From assembly GCF_964204865.1 (NCBI RefSeq), contig NC_135261.1, positions 13,206,001-13,270,000 of the forward strand: a stretch of DNA of 64,000 nucleotides. The letters run 5' to 3'. The notes under the pieces are model-generated. The model saw only the letters and a program-made list of their open reading frames with translations, did not search any database and had not been told where the DNA came from. Positions 38,170 through 50,921 of the stretch are shown piece by piece. Position 1 is the first letter of the stretch. Each line of letters begins with the position of its first letter. Made by a program: the position numbers and the translations under genes. The stretch is from Styela clava. Taxonomy: Eukaryota.

Positions 38170-38722
38170 TAGTAGTACATTCTTCATATGGTATATAGTA
38201 GAATATATTTCGTGAAAATGACGCGGCGTCGTATAGATTAGTCCTGTGGTGTTATTTTTGTAATCCAATGCAATATCCGCGTGGTGTCGCTGTCGTGACA
38301 CACTAACGAGCTAAATCGCCTTCTCATGCTTCACTGGCATGAGTGTAACTAGAGTGCTGAGGAAACAAATTTGCAATAACTCACTATTGCACAATAACGT
38401 TTTTTAGTTTCAGTGAAACAGACAACAATACCAAATAATTATCATACTTTGATTGTATTCTACGATATTCGGCTATCTGATCTTAAACAGTATATATATA
38501 TATATATATCCCTAACTAATATGAGTACATTTAGTAGTACATTCCTAATGTTGTAAAATATATTTTGTGAAAACGATCGTAGAGATTTTTTGCGTGATGT
38601 TATTCTTTATTCAATTCCAATGCAATATCCGCGCGGTGTCGCTGTCGTGACACATTAACGAGCTGAATCGCCTTCTTGTGTCTCACTGGCATGAGTGTAA
38701 CTAGAGTGCAGAGAAAACAAAT
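38170..38722. repeat. Imperfect direct duplication (~200-bp units) with a conserved 94-bp core
   Basis: Units 38170-38370 and 38532-38722. The cores at 38264-38357 and 38616-38709 differ by 7 transitions and no indels. Confidence 0.85.
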
Positions 38723-41700
38723 AACCACTAATGTATACTCACAAAACATTTTTTTTATTATTTTGAAGAACTATAAAAGAAAAGTGACACGCAAAGGCAT
38801 GGAGTTTGTAATCATATGTAGTTTTCACATCTTTCGCCGGTGGCTCGTGTTTCGACATATTTTAGACTTTACGAATGGGCGTTGAAAAATATATTTCGCA
38901 TCGTGTAGATTATTAAAAGTCTCAGATATTGAAAATTCAAGATATCTTTCACCAACTCATTGGCAAGAATCAAATCTGTATCTGGAAGAAATAATTATCT
39001 CCTATAGACGTATACTATGGCCTATTTTTAGAGTTTTTTTGAATTATTTTCTATCAACTCAATTAAGTTATTCAATTTCAAAAAATAAAATTTAAATTGC
39101 ACTGTCATGATGGTTTGTTCTTTTTTTTTATAGATATACGAAAGTTCATGAGATTATCTATTTTTTCCAAAAAATGTTTGTCAGTAGCTATATCCGCCAT
39201 TTTGGTAAGTAAGTTTAGATTGGAGCAAGATAAATAAAAATTTTCGAATCATTAACGCAAGAAACTTGTTGCAAATTAAATTTTCACTTCCTAAATTATT
39301 TTTAATAATTTTTGATAACCAATATATTTTTCAATAACAAATTATTCAACTTTATGCAGAGGTAATATTGCAAAGTAACATTCTGGGCTCACAATCCCAT
39401 AACATAAGTTTCACGATATTATTTTAAAATTTGGTATATGGATATATTTCTGTATAAATCATACCCATATTTTAATTATTCGTTTCTCCCGTAAAGATAG
39501 TAAATTTGTTTTCTTGTGTGGTTGAAGTCTTTTTGTTAATTTCAAATTTGAAAAATTATTTATTCTCACAAAAACTAATAAAAAATAAGAAGGGCCTCGC
39601 CGTAATTTTGACCACTTTTTAAAATAGAGAAGAAAAACTTTTAACAAAGGAAAATGAACAAAATAAAATACTGGCCAAATACACAACAAATTTTAAAATA
39701 GCATTCTACAAAGATTGATACATGCATTGCCAAAAAACGAGGAATGATTAGGCTGGTCTAAGAGAGTTTGGTATAAACAGGTAAAATAATGCTAATAGCA
39801 TCAAAAATATTTGAATTCTCGATTAGATCTGTAAAGGTTAATTAATATTTTTACTTATAAAAATATGTTATGATACATCAAAACAATACATTTATCAAAA
39901 TATTTCTATTGCAATTGTGTTAAGAATAAACATACACCTGGGATGTATAATATAGACAAGAGAATCAAATATGGTCATCGTACTTTAAATCTGAAGTGAA
40001 ACTCAATCTCAGACTTTGATTGGGAACTATATTCTACAATATTTTATTAAAGCAGCAGGCATACCAGCTATATCAATTTTTTTTTAAGAAAACTTAAAAA
40101 TACAAAAATGACCATACGAAACTACATGTTGGCCCATTTTGAAACGCATAAATTGGTATAAAATGGTACATATTTGCAATATGCCACATGTGAAATAATG
40201 AAATGAGGTATTGAGCTTAGTTTTCAGCTTCTATCACACAGTTTCTGTTAGTTAGCCCAAATATATGAAAATACAAAGCATCCAATCCGATAAATTTGAG
40301 ACCGAAAATGCCAGTCGCGCATCGCGAAAAATATATTTCTCTTTCAATATTATGAAAAAGATGATTGTCGGCGCAATTAAATATATTTTTCTATGATATT
40401 TAGTAACTTGTACTTTGAATTTTACGTGACATTCAGGGACTAATTTAATTTTATTGTAGAAAAATATTATTTGATTTTTTGTTTCGGCGATTTCGTTATG
40501 ACGTTTACCGAGCATTTTTGTCCCAAATGCCCTTCGACTCAATAGCGTTCGCGTAAAATAATAACAACAAGTCAGTTCATCTTAAATAATACTTTTTCTC
40601 ATCATATGTGAGAAGCTAGGCGTGTTGCCGCACTCCCCTGCTTAAATCATTCCAAAAGCCATAACACCGTCTTCTCAATCACTGCTGTAAATAAACTATT
40701 CCATTGATAATGCCAATTTCATACAAAGGATCCAGAAGCTTACAAAGTCTATTACAAATATAAAAGCAATCTGCTTGTTTGAATTTTCACACAACATGCT
40801 GGAATTACTATTTTTGTGAGACAGCAATTGATGAACACGAAATGAACCTATGAATCGTTTTGTTATTTATTCTTGTCTTGTTGTTATGGAAAATTGATTT
40901 TCTCGTTAACTACTGGACTAATTGCTTTGAAACGTTGAGTGGTTAAAGAGTTTATTTTTTGGTAGATTGTATTATTTTATTCCTTCCAAAATTTCTGTGG
41001 GCTTTATAGGATTCGTTTTCTTGTGCACGATCATGTTATCAAAATGACAAAATTACGCATTCGCGTTAGTAGTGAAGACTGCCTGCCGTACCGGTAATCT
41101 ATTGTGACAAATTGCATAACCGTACTACTTCGTTTTGGCTTTCGTGTCCATATATTCCAGCATCGCTCTCTTGCTTTTACTGCACTGGTTTTAAATGTTT
41201 GCAACCTGCAAAAAATGGGAGGTAATGGTGCCTGAATATTAAATGTAAAATGATAATGTTCAATAGCGCCCTTTCATATACATGTATATGAGCAAAGCAG
41301 ATATAAACAGTCAATACGAATGGTTGCGTTTTATCCTATTACCAAATAATTAATGTTTATTCATTCATTTTCGTTCGAACTACTTAATTCAGTACAAATC
41401 TTAAATCTTTTGCCGCTATAGTTGTACATTTTTCAAATTTGTTTTTGGTATTCCGATCTACTATTTATATGAGTATTATTTATTTAAACATGGATCATGA
41501 ATGAAATAAGTTTTCGAATCCTGTTTACCGCCTATGCACGATAAGAATTAAATTATGCTCGCCACTAGATAGAAAATGTGTTATTGATTATGATATGCAA
41601 TGTGTTTGTCTTATTTAAATTGAATTATTTGAAAATACGATATTGTCATGATAATATAAGTAATGAAAAAAACGAAATTTTATTGCGATTCTAGATAAGT

Positions 41701-42562
41701 AATATAATACTATATAAATTTCGAAATTGAAAGCAGTAAATTATGATGATAATTTACTCAATTTACGATTATTTTTAATAAATATAGAGATATGTGAGCC
41801 CATGGTATATATACCGAATGCTGTTTATTTGCTTTTTAATATTGTTAAAAAGTAAATTTTTATTAAATTTTCCTTATTTTTTCAGTCTAGCTATATCACG
41901 AATAAGTATATAAATTGCTTTTTCTATCAAAAATATTAATACATTTTTGCAAAGTTGAATTTTGTTATAAAAATTATTATTTATTTTAGGTTTATAAATT
42001 AATTTGATTGTTTTTCAAGTATGAAGTTGGTAAAATGAAACGCCGAAATGATTATTACTATTGAAATTGTGAAATAAATCTAGGACATTATTTTTTAGGT
42101 AATATAGCTCAAATTATGCCATAGATATAATGTTGAAATTCCGATCTTGTGAAGTTTTCGAGTATTCCCATTGTACGGTAGTCTAATACATTTGCCGTTG
42201 ACAAAGTGATCCTGCGTAACTAAATAACAAATATTGTATGTCGTTATATCCAAACAGATACATCAACGATTCTACAAATATCACACGCATTACATCGAAA
42301 TGAATAGTATATGACTACTGTGATTAAATTGAAATACCGGTAAATGCTTCAAAAACAATATGGTTTTTGCATTGTGTGATTCATGGAATTGATAGCTGTT
42401 ATATATCTCATAATTTTATTTTAATTCGTAGATAATATTAAATCGCATTTTGATGTCCTTTCCCTCAAAATTATAAGCGCTATGAATGATTGTATGCAAG
42501 TTCTAACATGTTTGATATGTAATGTTATTTAAATTTTGACATCTTTGTTGATGTGTAATATG

Positions 42563-42701
42563 ATGGGATTTACATATTTATCACCGGGGATAGGAAAGTC
42601 GATAAGACGGTTTGATCATAGGGCTAACCACGACTTCTCGTCCGCTTACCAGTCCATGTCGACATGCGGGGTTAGTTGCCACTAATTTTGTTTCAGATGC
42701 A
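42563..42701 (-). mobile_element. SINE-like element, 3' fragment (family of 15236-15475)
   Basis: The reverse complement aligns with ~15337-15470. Confidence 0.6.
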
Positions 42702-42734
42702 TCGACTTGATCTTGATTAGTAACTCACGATAAC

Positions 42735-43430
42735 TGCATATTCTATACTGCATACTATTTTTATCACTCTTTTGGTCGCCCAAGGTGTTTAAGTTGATTT
42801 GAAATTATGACCGTGTAAAGCAGTGATACATAACCGCGGCTCTCAGAGCCACGTGCGACTCCTATTTTTCCTGCGGCTCTCATTATCCTTCACAAATTAA
42901 TCATTTTCAGTTGAAATTTTTCATGAAAATTAATCAATGGCTTGAAATTGAAAAACCGGAGTACAGTAGTTGAATTGATGTCACCGTGACTGTTGAGTGC
43001 AACTTTTTATTATGATATATATCGTTGTTATATATCATATTTTTTCCTCCCAAATGGTTGGGCTACGTTTCAGTAATCAGTATGCATATTCTATACTGCA
43101 TACTATTTTTATCACTCTTTTGGTCGCCCAAGGTGTTTAAGTTGATTTGAAATTATGACCGTGTAAAGCAGTGATACATAACCGCGGCTCTCAGAGCCAC
43201 GTGCGACTCCTATTTTTCCTGCGGCTCTCATTATCCTTCACAAATTAATCATTTTCAGTTGAAATTTTTCATGAAAATTAATCAATGGCTTGAAATTGAA
43301 AAACCGGAGTACAGTAGTTGAATTGATGTCACCGTGACTGTTGAGTGCAACTTTTTATTATGATATATATCGTTGTTATATATCATATTTTTTCCTCCCA
43401 AATGGTTGGGCTACGTTTCAGTAATCAGTA
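42735..43430. repeat. Apparently perfect 348-bp tandem duplication
   Basis: 42735-43082 and 43083-43430 appear identical on reading; the unit includes the left end of a hAT MITE. Confidence 0.9.
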
Positions 43431-43883
43431 CTCTGATTTCATTTTTTTCAGTAATCACAAGCAAGATATGCCGTATTCTGTTTCCATCTTTTTGCGATTT
43501 TCAAAACAAATATATTTATATAATTGTTAGTTTGTCAAGATAAAATGTAAAGCTTGCACTCTTCGTTAATGTGATCGAGCGTTACAATGTGATTGAATAG
43601 AACTATTTTCAAATTGAAATAGATATCAATATGAAACTATGGCGCAAGCTGTTGTTATATTGCAGATCGCACTTTGCTTTTTCAGACTCAATATAGGTCA
43701 AAGCCAATGTCAAGGTTGGCGTTAAATTGGTTTTTACCCTGAGTTTTGTTGATGTTATTTAAAAATACATCTTGAGTTTTATTGTGTTGCTTTTTTAATC
43801 TGCGTTGTTTTTATGAGGTTCCTTACAACTATATATAAGGTTTGAAATTTGGCTCTGACACTAAAAAAGGTTGAGTACCAGTG
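42821..43883. mobile_element. Non-autonomous hAT MITE with duplicated left end
   Basis: Left TIR CAGTGATACATAACC at 42821 and 43169; GGCTC subterminal repeats; right end AAGGTTGAGTACCAGTG at 43883; TSD GTGTAAAG / GTTTAAAG. Confidence 0.75.
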
Positions 43884-44828
43884 GTTTAAAGTAATTTCAT
43901 TCATCCAATTTAATATTGGTCAAGTGTATGTTGCACTTAAGTCTAGTTTGATATTGCCCTCGTCAACGTAGTATCTTATGATTTTCCATTTTTCCACTTG
44001 CAAAAAAAAAGCTTCAGAAAGTTCATGTCGCCAACCTGAAAAGATAAGCCCAGAACCCAATTTCGTGAAAGATCAGATTTTGTTAGATTCCAGTCCAGCA
44101 TAGCATAGAAATGTTGCTCATATTTTCTTTACATGCTTGCATAGTTTTGCATCATTATCCTGAGATTTTTCGCCTAACGCGTGACATCTTTTGATACGAA
44201 CTTGAATTTGATATACGCAGCTTAAAAGTTCATGGTTTTCATTTCATAGAAGATTGTTTTATAAAAAACAACAACGTACATCCCATATTTAGCTTATTCC
44301 GCCATGTGTAAAAGTGGAAAAAGAAGCCCCATTTAATCACCTGATGCCTTAACTTACTTAAGCGTCAGTGCCTTTTTAGATTACCAAAATGCACATTATA
44401 ACACTAACTGTATCAGCTTACCTAATCGCGAAAAAGGCATATTTTGTTGATAAATGCCAACTTATTTAGGAAGACATGAAGTTTGAGTAACTATGCAAAA
44501 CTTTATATAAATCACGTTTCTGTCTATATGAAAGCTCGAAAAGATTATTATCATAGCCAACGCGTATCAGGCTTAGATATTTTGCTGGATGACATGATCT
44601 TTGTAAAATAACGGAAACGTCCATTGCCCTCTCCCACTTGATTCAAATCAAGCATGCATTCAATGAGTTTATCTAATCATCAAGTCTCTGACGAATCTTT
44701 TAAATTCTACAATCAAAGTAAAGAGATATCATATTAAGATGACCGGGTGCTTGACTACTACGCTCCACTCCATATCTTTTTTGGTTGACGGAATCTAAAG
44801 ATGGATATTAAATATGAATGATTTAAAT

Positions 44829-45270
44829 CAGGGGTGTGCAAGCTGCGGCCCGTGGGCCAAATGTGGCCCGCAAAGATAATTTGTGCGGCCCGCAGAGAAA
44901 GGTCAATTTTGAATGGTGTGCCAACGAAACGAGTTTTAGTTTAGTTAATCTGACGTGCGAGCAATTCTAATCCCTGCGTCGCAAAACCCATACCAGTACC
45001 TGAGTGCCACTGTCATGCTAGTAAAACTAGTTAACAAAATCCTGTTTCAAAATACACAATGCTTCAAAAACGTGTTTCCCACTGAATTCGTTTAAAGTCG
45101 GTGTGACAATAAATTTAAATTGCAGTTTTTTTTTAGAAATTTATGCGTTTTTACTCACCATTTCTGCATTTCTTCTTAATGTTGAATAATTTTGCACATG
45201 CAGATTTGTTACGGTCACAAAAATTCTCACATTGCTTACCAATTACTCTTTAAAGAAAATGGTTTCAAGC
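44829..45270. mobile_element. Truncated hAT (Charlie-like) MITE, inverted relative to the adjacent copy
   Basis: CAGGGGTGTGCAAGCTGCGGCCCG... matches the reverse complement of the 45933 end; internal segment ~45074-45108 matches the reverse complement of ~45478-45514. Confidence 0.75.
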
Positions 45271-45278
45271 GTTTAAAC

Positions 45279-45933
45279 CAGGGGTGTGCAACCTTTTTCG
45301 CAGGCGGGCCAAATATCAATAACTGTGCAAAACTGCGGGCCGCACCTTTATTTAACATAGGCTTTATATTAGTTGCAGGCACAAAATAGTTTCTTTTTGT
45401 TATTGTTCTCATGTTGTCATCATAAGGGGTCCTTGCAGAAAACGGATAAATATCTTAAAACTGTAACCCAAATATAATGTCACACCCAATTCAAACGAAT
45501 TCGGTGAGAAATACTTTGCTGTCAAATCTTATTCCAGATTAGAATTCAACAAAATCAACTGATAGGCTTGAACCAAAACTCATTTAGCTTTTGTATCTCT
45601 TAATATTACATTTTTCCAAACTGCTTTCCAGTTGCCTAATCTTCAATTGTCCGTTCTTACAAATTCATTAGCGTCTGCTCCGCATTTTTCTTACAATTGT
45701 TCGCTGCTCGGCAAGGGACAGCTTCCTTGTGAATCGCGTTGTTTGCTTCGCTGTGAGGACGTTGTAACGTCATAGGCATAGATAATAAATTGAACTCGAA
45801 TATAAGATTCGCAACGCAAAGGGAACCAGATCAAACTAAATTAAAAATTAATTTAGCTTGTCGCACACCGTTCAAAATTGGCTCTTCTCCGCGGGCCGCA
45901 TTTGGCCCGCGGGCCACACTTTGAACACCCCTG
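45279..45933. mobile_element. Non-autonomous hAT (Charlie-like) MITE
   Basis: TIRs CAGGGGTGTGCAA / TTGAACACCCCTG; GCGGGCC subterminal repeats; TSD GTTTAAAC / GTTTGAAC. Confidence 0.85.
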
Positions 45934-46017
45934 GTTTGAACTTAATAAAAATTTCGATAACACCTGTATCAGACTATTCCATGTCTACAAGTTATCTCTT
46001 GTAATGATTCCATAACT

Positions 46018-46304
46018 CAGTGATTCCCAACCTTTTTTGTTAAATTCCTTCTTTCGGTTATTTTCAACTCTTTATTCCCCGCACTATGCATAAAAAGTAC
46101 TTTATTTATTCAATCTTTAATGAATCGTAGCTAGTGTTATGCGCAAGTCACGCTCAAGCCTTTGTACCGTTTATTAAGTAGTTTATAATACTTGTATTAT
46201 ATGAGTACTATGGCAATGATAAAGAAATAAAGAATACAAGTAATAGTATAGCAAATACGAAATACCTTCAAGGGTAGGTATCACTCCCCGATAGGGAAAC
46301 ATGG
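46018..46304. mobile_element. Decayed hAT MITE
   Basis: Left end CAGTGATTCCCAACC; degenerate right end GATAGGGAAACATGG; TSD CCATAACT / CCTTAACT. Confidence 0.55.
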
Positions 46305-49300
46305 CCTTAACTGATGTCATTCGTTGTAACTTACCTACAAATCAAGTAGTAGAGAATAACACCGTATTTGGTGAATTTTACAGAGCTGGTATCTGAAATT
46401 TCATTACCTGCCGACAGAACTTGACAGTTTAGTAAACATGAAGTTACTAATCTACAAAAGTTACTAAAAACTTTCAGTCTTTATCATCTGAGAACAGAAA
46501 CATTTTGATGCCAATTTAGTAAATCAGTAAACACCGACGACACACAGTTCAATATAAATCTAATTAATTGTATGCAATACTAGTTTACTAGATTATTACA
46601 TTACATTATTATTGAATCAAAATTTATAAATTAATTTATAATATCATTGGACTTGAATAAAATTTGAAAAAAGAAATCAGTAGTAATCAATTTCTGCATG
46701 GCAAGTATTTTCAAACACTGAAAATTTGAAGTCAATTGGTTCCTTACTTGCGGAGGAGCGCGATTTTGTATCAAAAATAGCAAGACCAACAACAGCGATT
46801 TAAAAACAATCCCTATCCAAATAATGCAAGTTTAATTACAAATCAGACGACAATGCTATATAAACACTGCAAATAAATGATCGCATTTGTTGAAGATATA
46901 GGAATTATATTCGTGACGCTTCAAATAAGAGCAAATCTTTAGTAGCACTCAATGGTTCAATATTACATATCAATTTTTAGTCCGGGAAAAATGTGTACAA
47001 AACAAACCTGTTGGTTGATAGTGGTTCAAGATCATTTCCCGAATCTGACGGGGAACGAGGGGCATACCAACCGCAATAGAAGAATAAATTCTTAATTTTA
47101 ATCGCGAAAAAGATGATTGGACCCGCGAAACAACATAATAAATAATCCAGATTTGAACATGTCCTCAATGCGAACGTAGTTATAGAACTTGGACTAAGGT
47201 AATATATCTGGCAAATTACGTTTATGATTTCCTTGACTCTCGCCTTTACAGGAAGATTGCCAAAGCATGAAACAGAGGCTAGATACAATTTCTTTTACTT
47301 CTACAAAACTTCTCGAATTGCAACTAAACACACTGAAGTCTTTGATTAAGATGAAATAATACAATACAGTCCAATCAGAAGTTAATAAAAACTATCAATG
47401 AACGCATGCTTTGTGTCGTTTATAATATAAATGAAAATAATATAATATTTTTTAACTGAAAAATCTCCGATAGATTGTTGAGTTTGCACTGAGACAAGTT
47501 AATTTTTTTTATATACTGCTTCCTTTAAACCCGACACCGAAGAAAAGTTTTGTGACTGCATACTGAAATAATTACCAAATCAGCGTAAAATAATGAAATC
47601 CTGGAACAGATTCGTGCTTTTTCTTAGTGACAACTTCCTCTGTAGACTATGAACAACAAATCGTACCATAAAGGCAAGTGAAAACTTGGTGGTCTAGGAA
47701 TATTGTACAGCAATATTGCTTATACGAAGTCACCATCGCCCAGCCTGGTACGGGCTGAAATCTGCTGCTGCCATAGTATTTAGCTTTTCTATTTTCTACA
47801 CAGGACTTATGACTTGATCAAACTTTGTTGTTGAAAGGCACAGGCCTTGATTCGTTGATCAGAGGACGATCGTTTCTAAAATTTATAATTAAAATCCTCT
47901 ATTCCAAATACAGTTGCCGAACCCCAAGGTGATTGCAGTTTTTGTAACTGTAGCTGACAACCATAAAGGAAATGCAATGCAGTGTATCGAATCATTCTAT
48001 CTACAATAAAAAATATGAATCCGAGACAAAAAATCCTTTAATTAAGTCTTGGATTTTGAAGCATTTTGGATATCATTGATTATAAAACACCTGATAAATA
48101 TTGATGTTTATATTTGATAATCGAGCTAAAATATAAACACCTAAACCAAAATCGATCAATTCCAGGTGGAATTTACAACTTGATTTCCTGAGGAACATTC
48201 ACAATTTGATTTAAAACAGATTTAGATTTTAATTACAAATAATATATATTGTTTATCACTCGTGACACCTCTGGTAAAATAATTATACACAGGTTACCAT
48301 ATTCTGAAAACGCCATCTGATTTGTGAAGAATTTTTGATATACTTAAACGGGTATTTTCGTATTTGTTGTTTGAAATTTGCAAATGTATAGAGGTTCCGA
48401 AGAAAAAATTCAATATTCTATGTTTAAAAGCAGTGCAAAATATCTTTTGCATTTTACCTAATTACCTGAGGGATACTAACCGCTCAGGCTTACAACATAC
48501 GAAATATTGCATCAGACAAAAATTGTTGATATAAAACATGTGCATTGGAACCAGTGCGTTCATTTCAAAACAAAGTTTTTTATTAGAAGTAGTCTTCGTC
48601 AATGAATCGAGTTGATTCTGAGTGCTAATAAATACACTTTAGAAATGTGGTCGGGTGTTTTAAAGATTTCAATGTAATTGTGATAGTTATTGATTTGCAA
48701 TACTTGTATTATATCAGATTAGGACGCGTTATGATGTGGCGTTTTGTAATACAACAGAGACATTAGTGCAAAAATACCTTTGATCAGTTTAGTTTTTATC
48801 TCAAAATTCATTTTTTAATGTTTATTAGTATCTGTTTTATCAATTGATTTGAATGTTAGGAAACTGGTGTATCTGTTTTACCTGCAAGGATGAATTGAAA
48901 TAGTTTGGCTATTGACGTTTCCTTATACAATTGCTCACTGTGATTTCAAAATTATTTTTTCAGAATGATAAAGAAAATCTGAAACAATGTTCAAATGTGC
49001 ACAGCAAAACAGGATGTATCAGGAATGGATTAATTCAAAATGGCGGAAAATATGAGGATGTAAACAACATGCGTGTTAAGTAGCAAAAAAAAAGGTTGCG
49101 GCCATATGGTAATCTTCTTTTTTTATCATGTAAAGCCTAAAACTAATTTTTTTTAAATAAATGACGTGCTTATAAATTTTTTTACGTCTTTACCGTGTGT
49201 TCTAATTTGATTGGTTGACAATATAGATAACAAAGGTCGATTATATTCAACATGATATATTATTGAGCTATTCTATCGTCGATACCACCGTGAAATAAAC

Positions 49301-50072
49301 ACCACGTAACCGTGTCTCCAAGACACGCAACTAATAAAAATGCAAGTTTAATATATATTTATAGTAAACATACAACTTTCACATAGTATAGAAGCGTATT
49401 CAGCAAATTTGAACTTTGGTGAACTATGCATCAATAGCTCACTTCGAATGTTAAAATATTCATTGATTTCTCTCCTAACTAGCACTGCGCTTATTTACAA
49501 TAGACATTGCTTGAAGAAATCGATTTGTCAAAGTGTTATATATATAATAAACGTAATTTTTCAGTCTATTTATGCAATCCAAGTCTTGTTTTTTTTCAAA
49601 ATATTTGAGTTACGCCCAATCGTTAAATCTTTTGTGCAACTCTGCAACTGGTACAACTAGAGTATCCGCGTATTTTATTAATAGAAATTTATAAGTTCTA
49701 AAATACACATTCATTTGTACAGTATATAATTGAATAGTCCCGCTGCACACAAACACAAAAGTATTTCTATAACGTTTTGTCTGACTAAAGTCAGACTTCC
49801 TCAGCCAAGGAATGTAAAACAATGACAATATGTGAACAATCATGTAGTGTAAATATACCGATAAATAAATTTGTTTGAAATTGAAATAGAAAAAAAAAGA
49901 TACGGAGAGGAATCTTATAGCAGTATATAGTTAATTTTGTACTGTGTTGTGAAATTGATTTACATTTCATTTATATCTAGGGCATATATATTTAGGGCTC
50001 CTCAATGACATTTACCCAACCAAACCACGAAAGGGAAGTTGTCACGTGCCAAAAACATTATCCAATTAAACA

Positions 50073-50921
50073 TTACTGTCGTGCGCTAACGGTTGCATCT
50101 ATGTGCTGTCTCCAGCTCTTTTCTGTATTTGTTCCAATTCTATTCACTGATAAAAATTTACATATACGCATTTGTATTGTGCAAAATAAGAATCTCCCCA
50201 TCAACACACTTGTTTACTTTTACTGCAATGCGTACTTTAATGAAATATTCCAGTTATCTATCCATTTAAACTTACGATTGTTTATCATTGCCTCACGAAT
50301 GTCGATGGAAAATTGTGTCGAAGGCATTGCATCGCTTGCTCCGCCGGCTTTGCTATCCTTGGGAATATATTCACCGCCACTATTTACCGATAAACAGGTA
50401 TTGGCAGCTGGATTTGCAAGATCCGAAATATCAAAGACAGCGAGTTTACCTCGATAAACAATAAATCGCCTATTTGTCGTCTGAATTTAAACTTTTTTGT
50501 GGGCACAGCGCGTTTTCCATATACCTAAAATGGTAATCTATTTTCTGCAGAAACACTTAAAGGTTATGGAATACAATGATTCGATTGATTTATGATACCA
50601 AGCGTAATTCAGCTTATCAGCAAAAAAATCTTTTTGTTTTAAAAACTGATTCAAAGGTGATCATAATATGCTTATTTGTGACGCAAATTTTTCTCATAGA
50701 ATTTTAAAATTTCTTATAGAATAAAATTTCATATAGATTGGTGTTCGCATCTTATTCCATTCGGTCAGTGACGATCGTATGAAATCCATGGCTGAGGCCG
50801 ACGTGAATTGGTTTGGGTATGCTTCTCTGGGTATCAAAACTCATACCGGAAGGATTAATGTCGACTTCCTGGTCTTGGGAATCATAGACCACTATTCTTT
50901 TCAGGCGGTATGTTTTTTTAA
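50073..50921 (-). other. Candidate unannotated spliced gene or pseudogene (2-3 exons), product unknown
   Basis: Phase-compatible exons 50480-50276 (TTNRRFIVYRGKLAVFDISDLANPAANTC...MINN, donor GTAAGT) and 50146-50073 (LNRIGTNTEKSWRQHIDATVSARQ*). A possible upstream exon 50921-50847 joins only through an acceptor at 50524 that carries an in-frame TAA. No recognised domain. Confidence 0.3.

Noticed and set aside
46977-48010. Exon-like segments and a 103-aa ORF around 47-48 kb
   Set aside because: Candidate splice models hit stops and no motif was recognisable.
50005-50457. 150-aa plus-strand ORF as a single-exon gene
   Set aside because: It crosses AT-rich intron-like sequence and has no domain; it is better explained by the exon-like blocks reported as a finding.
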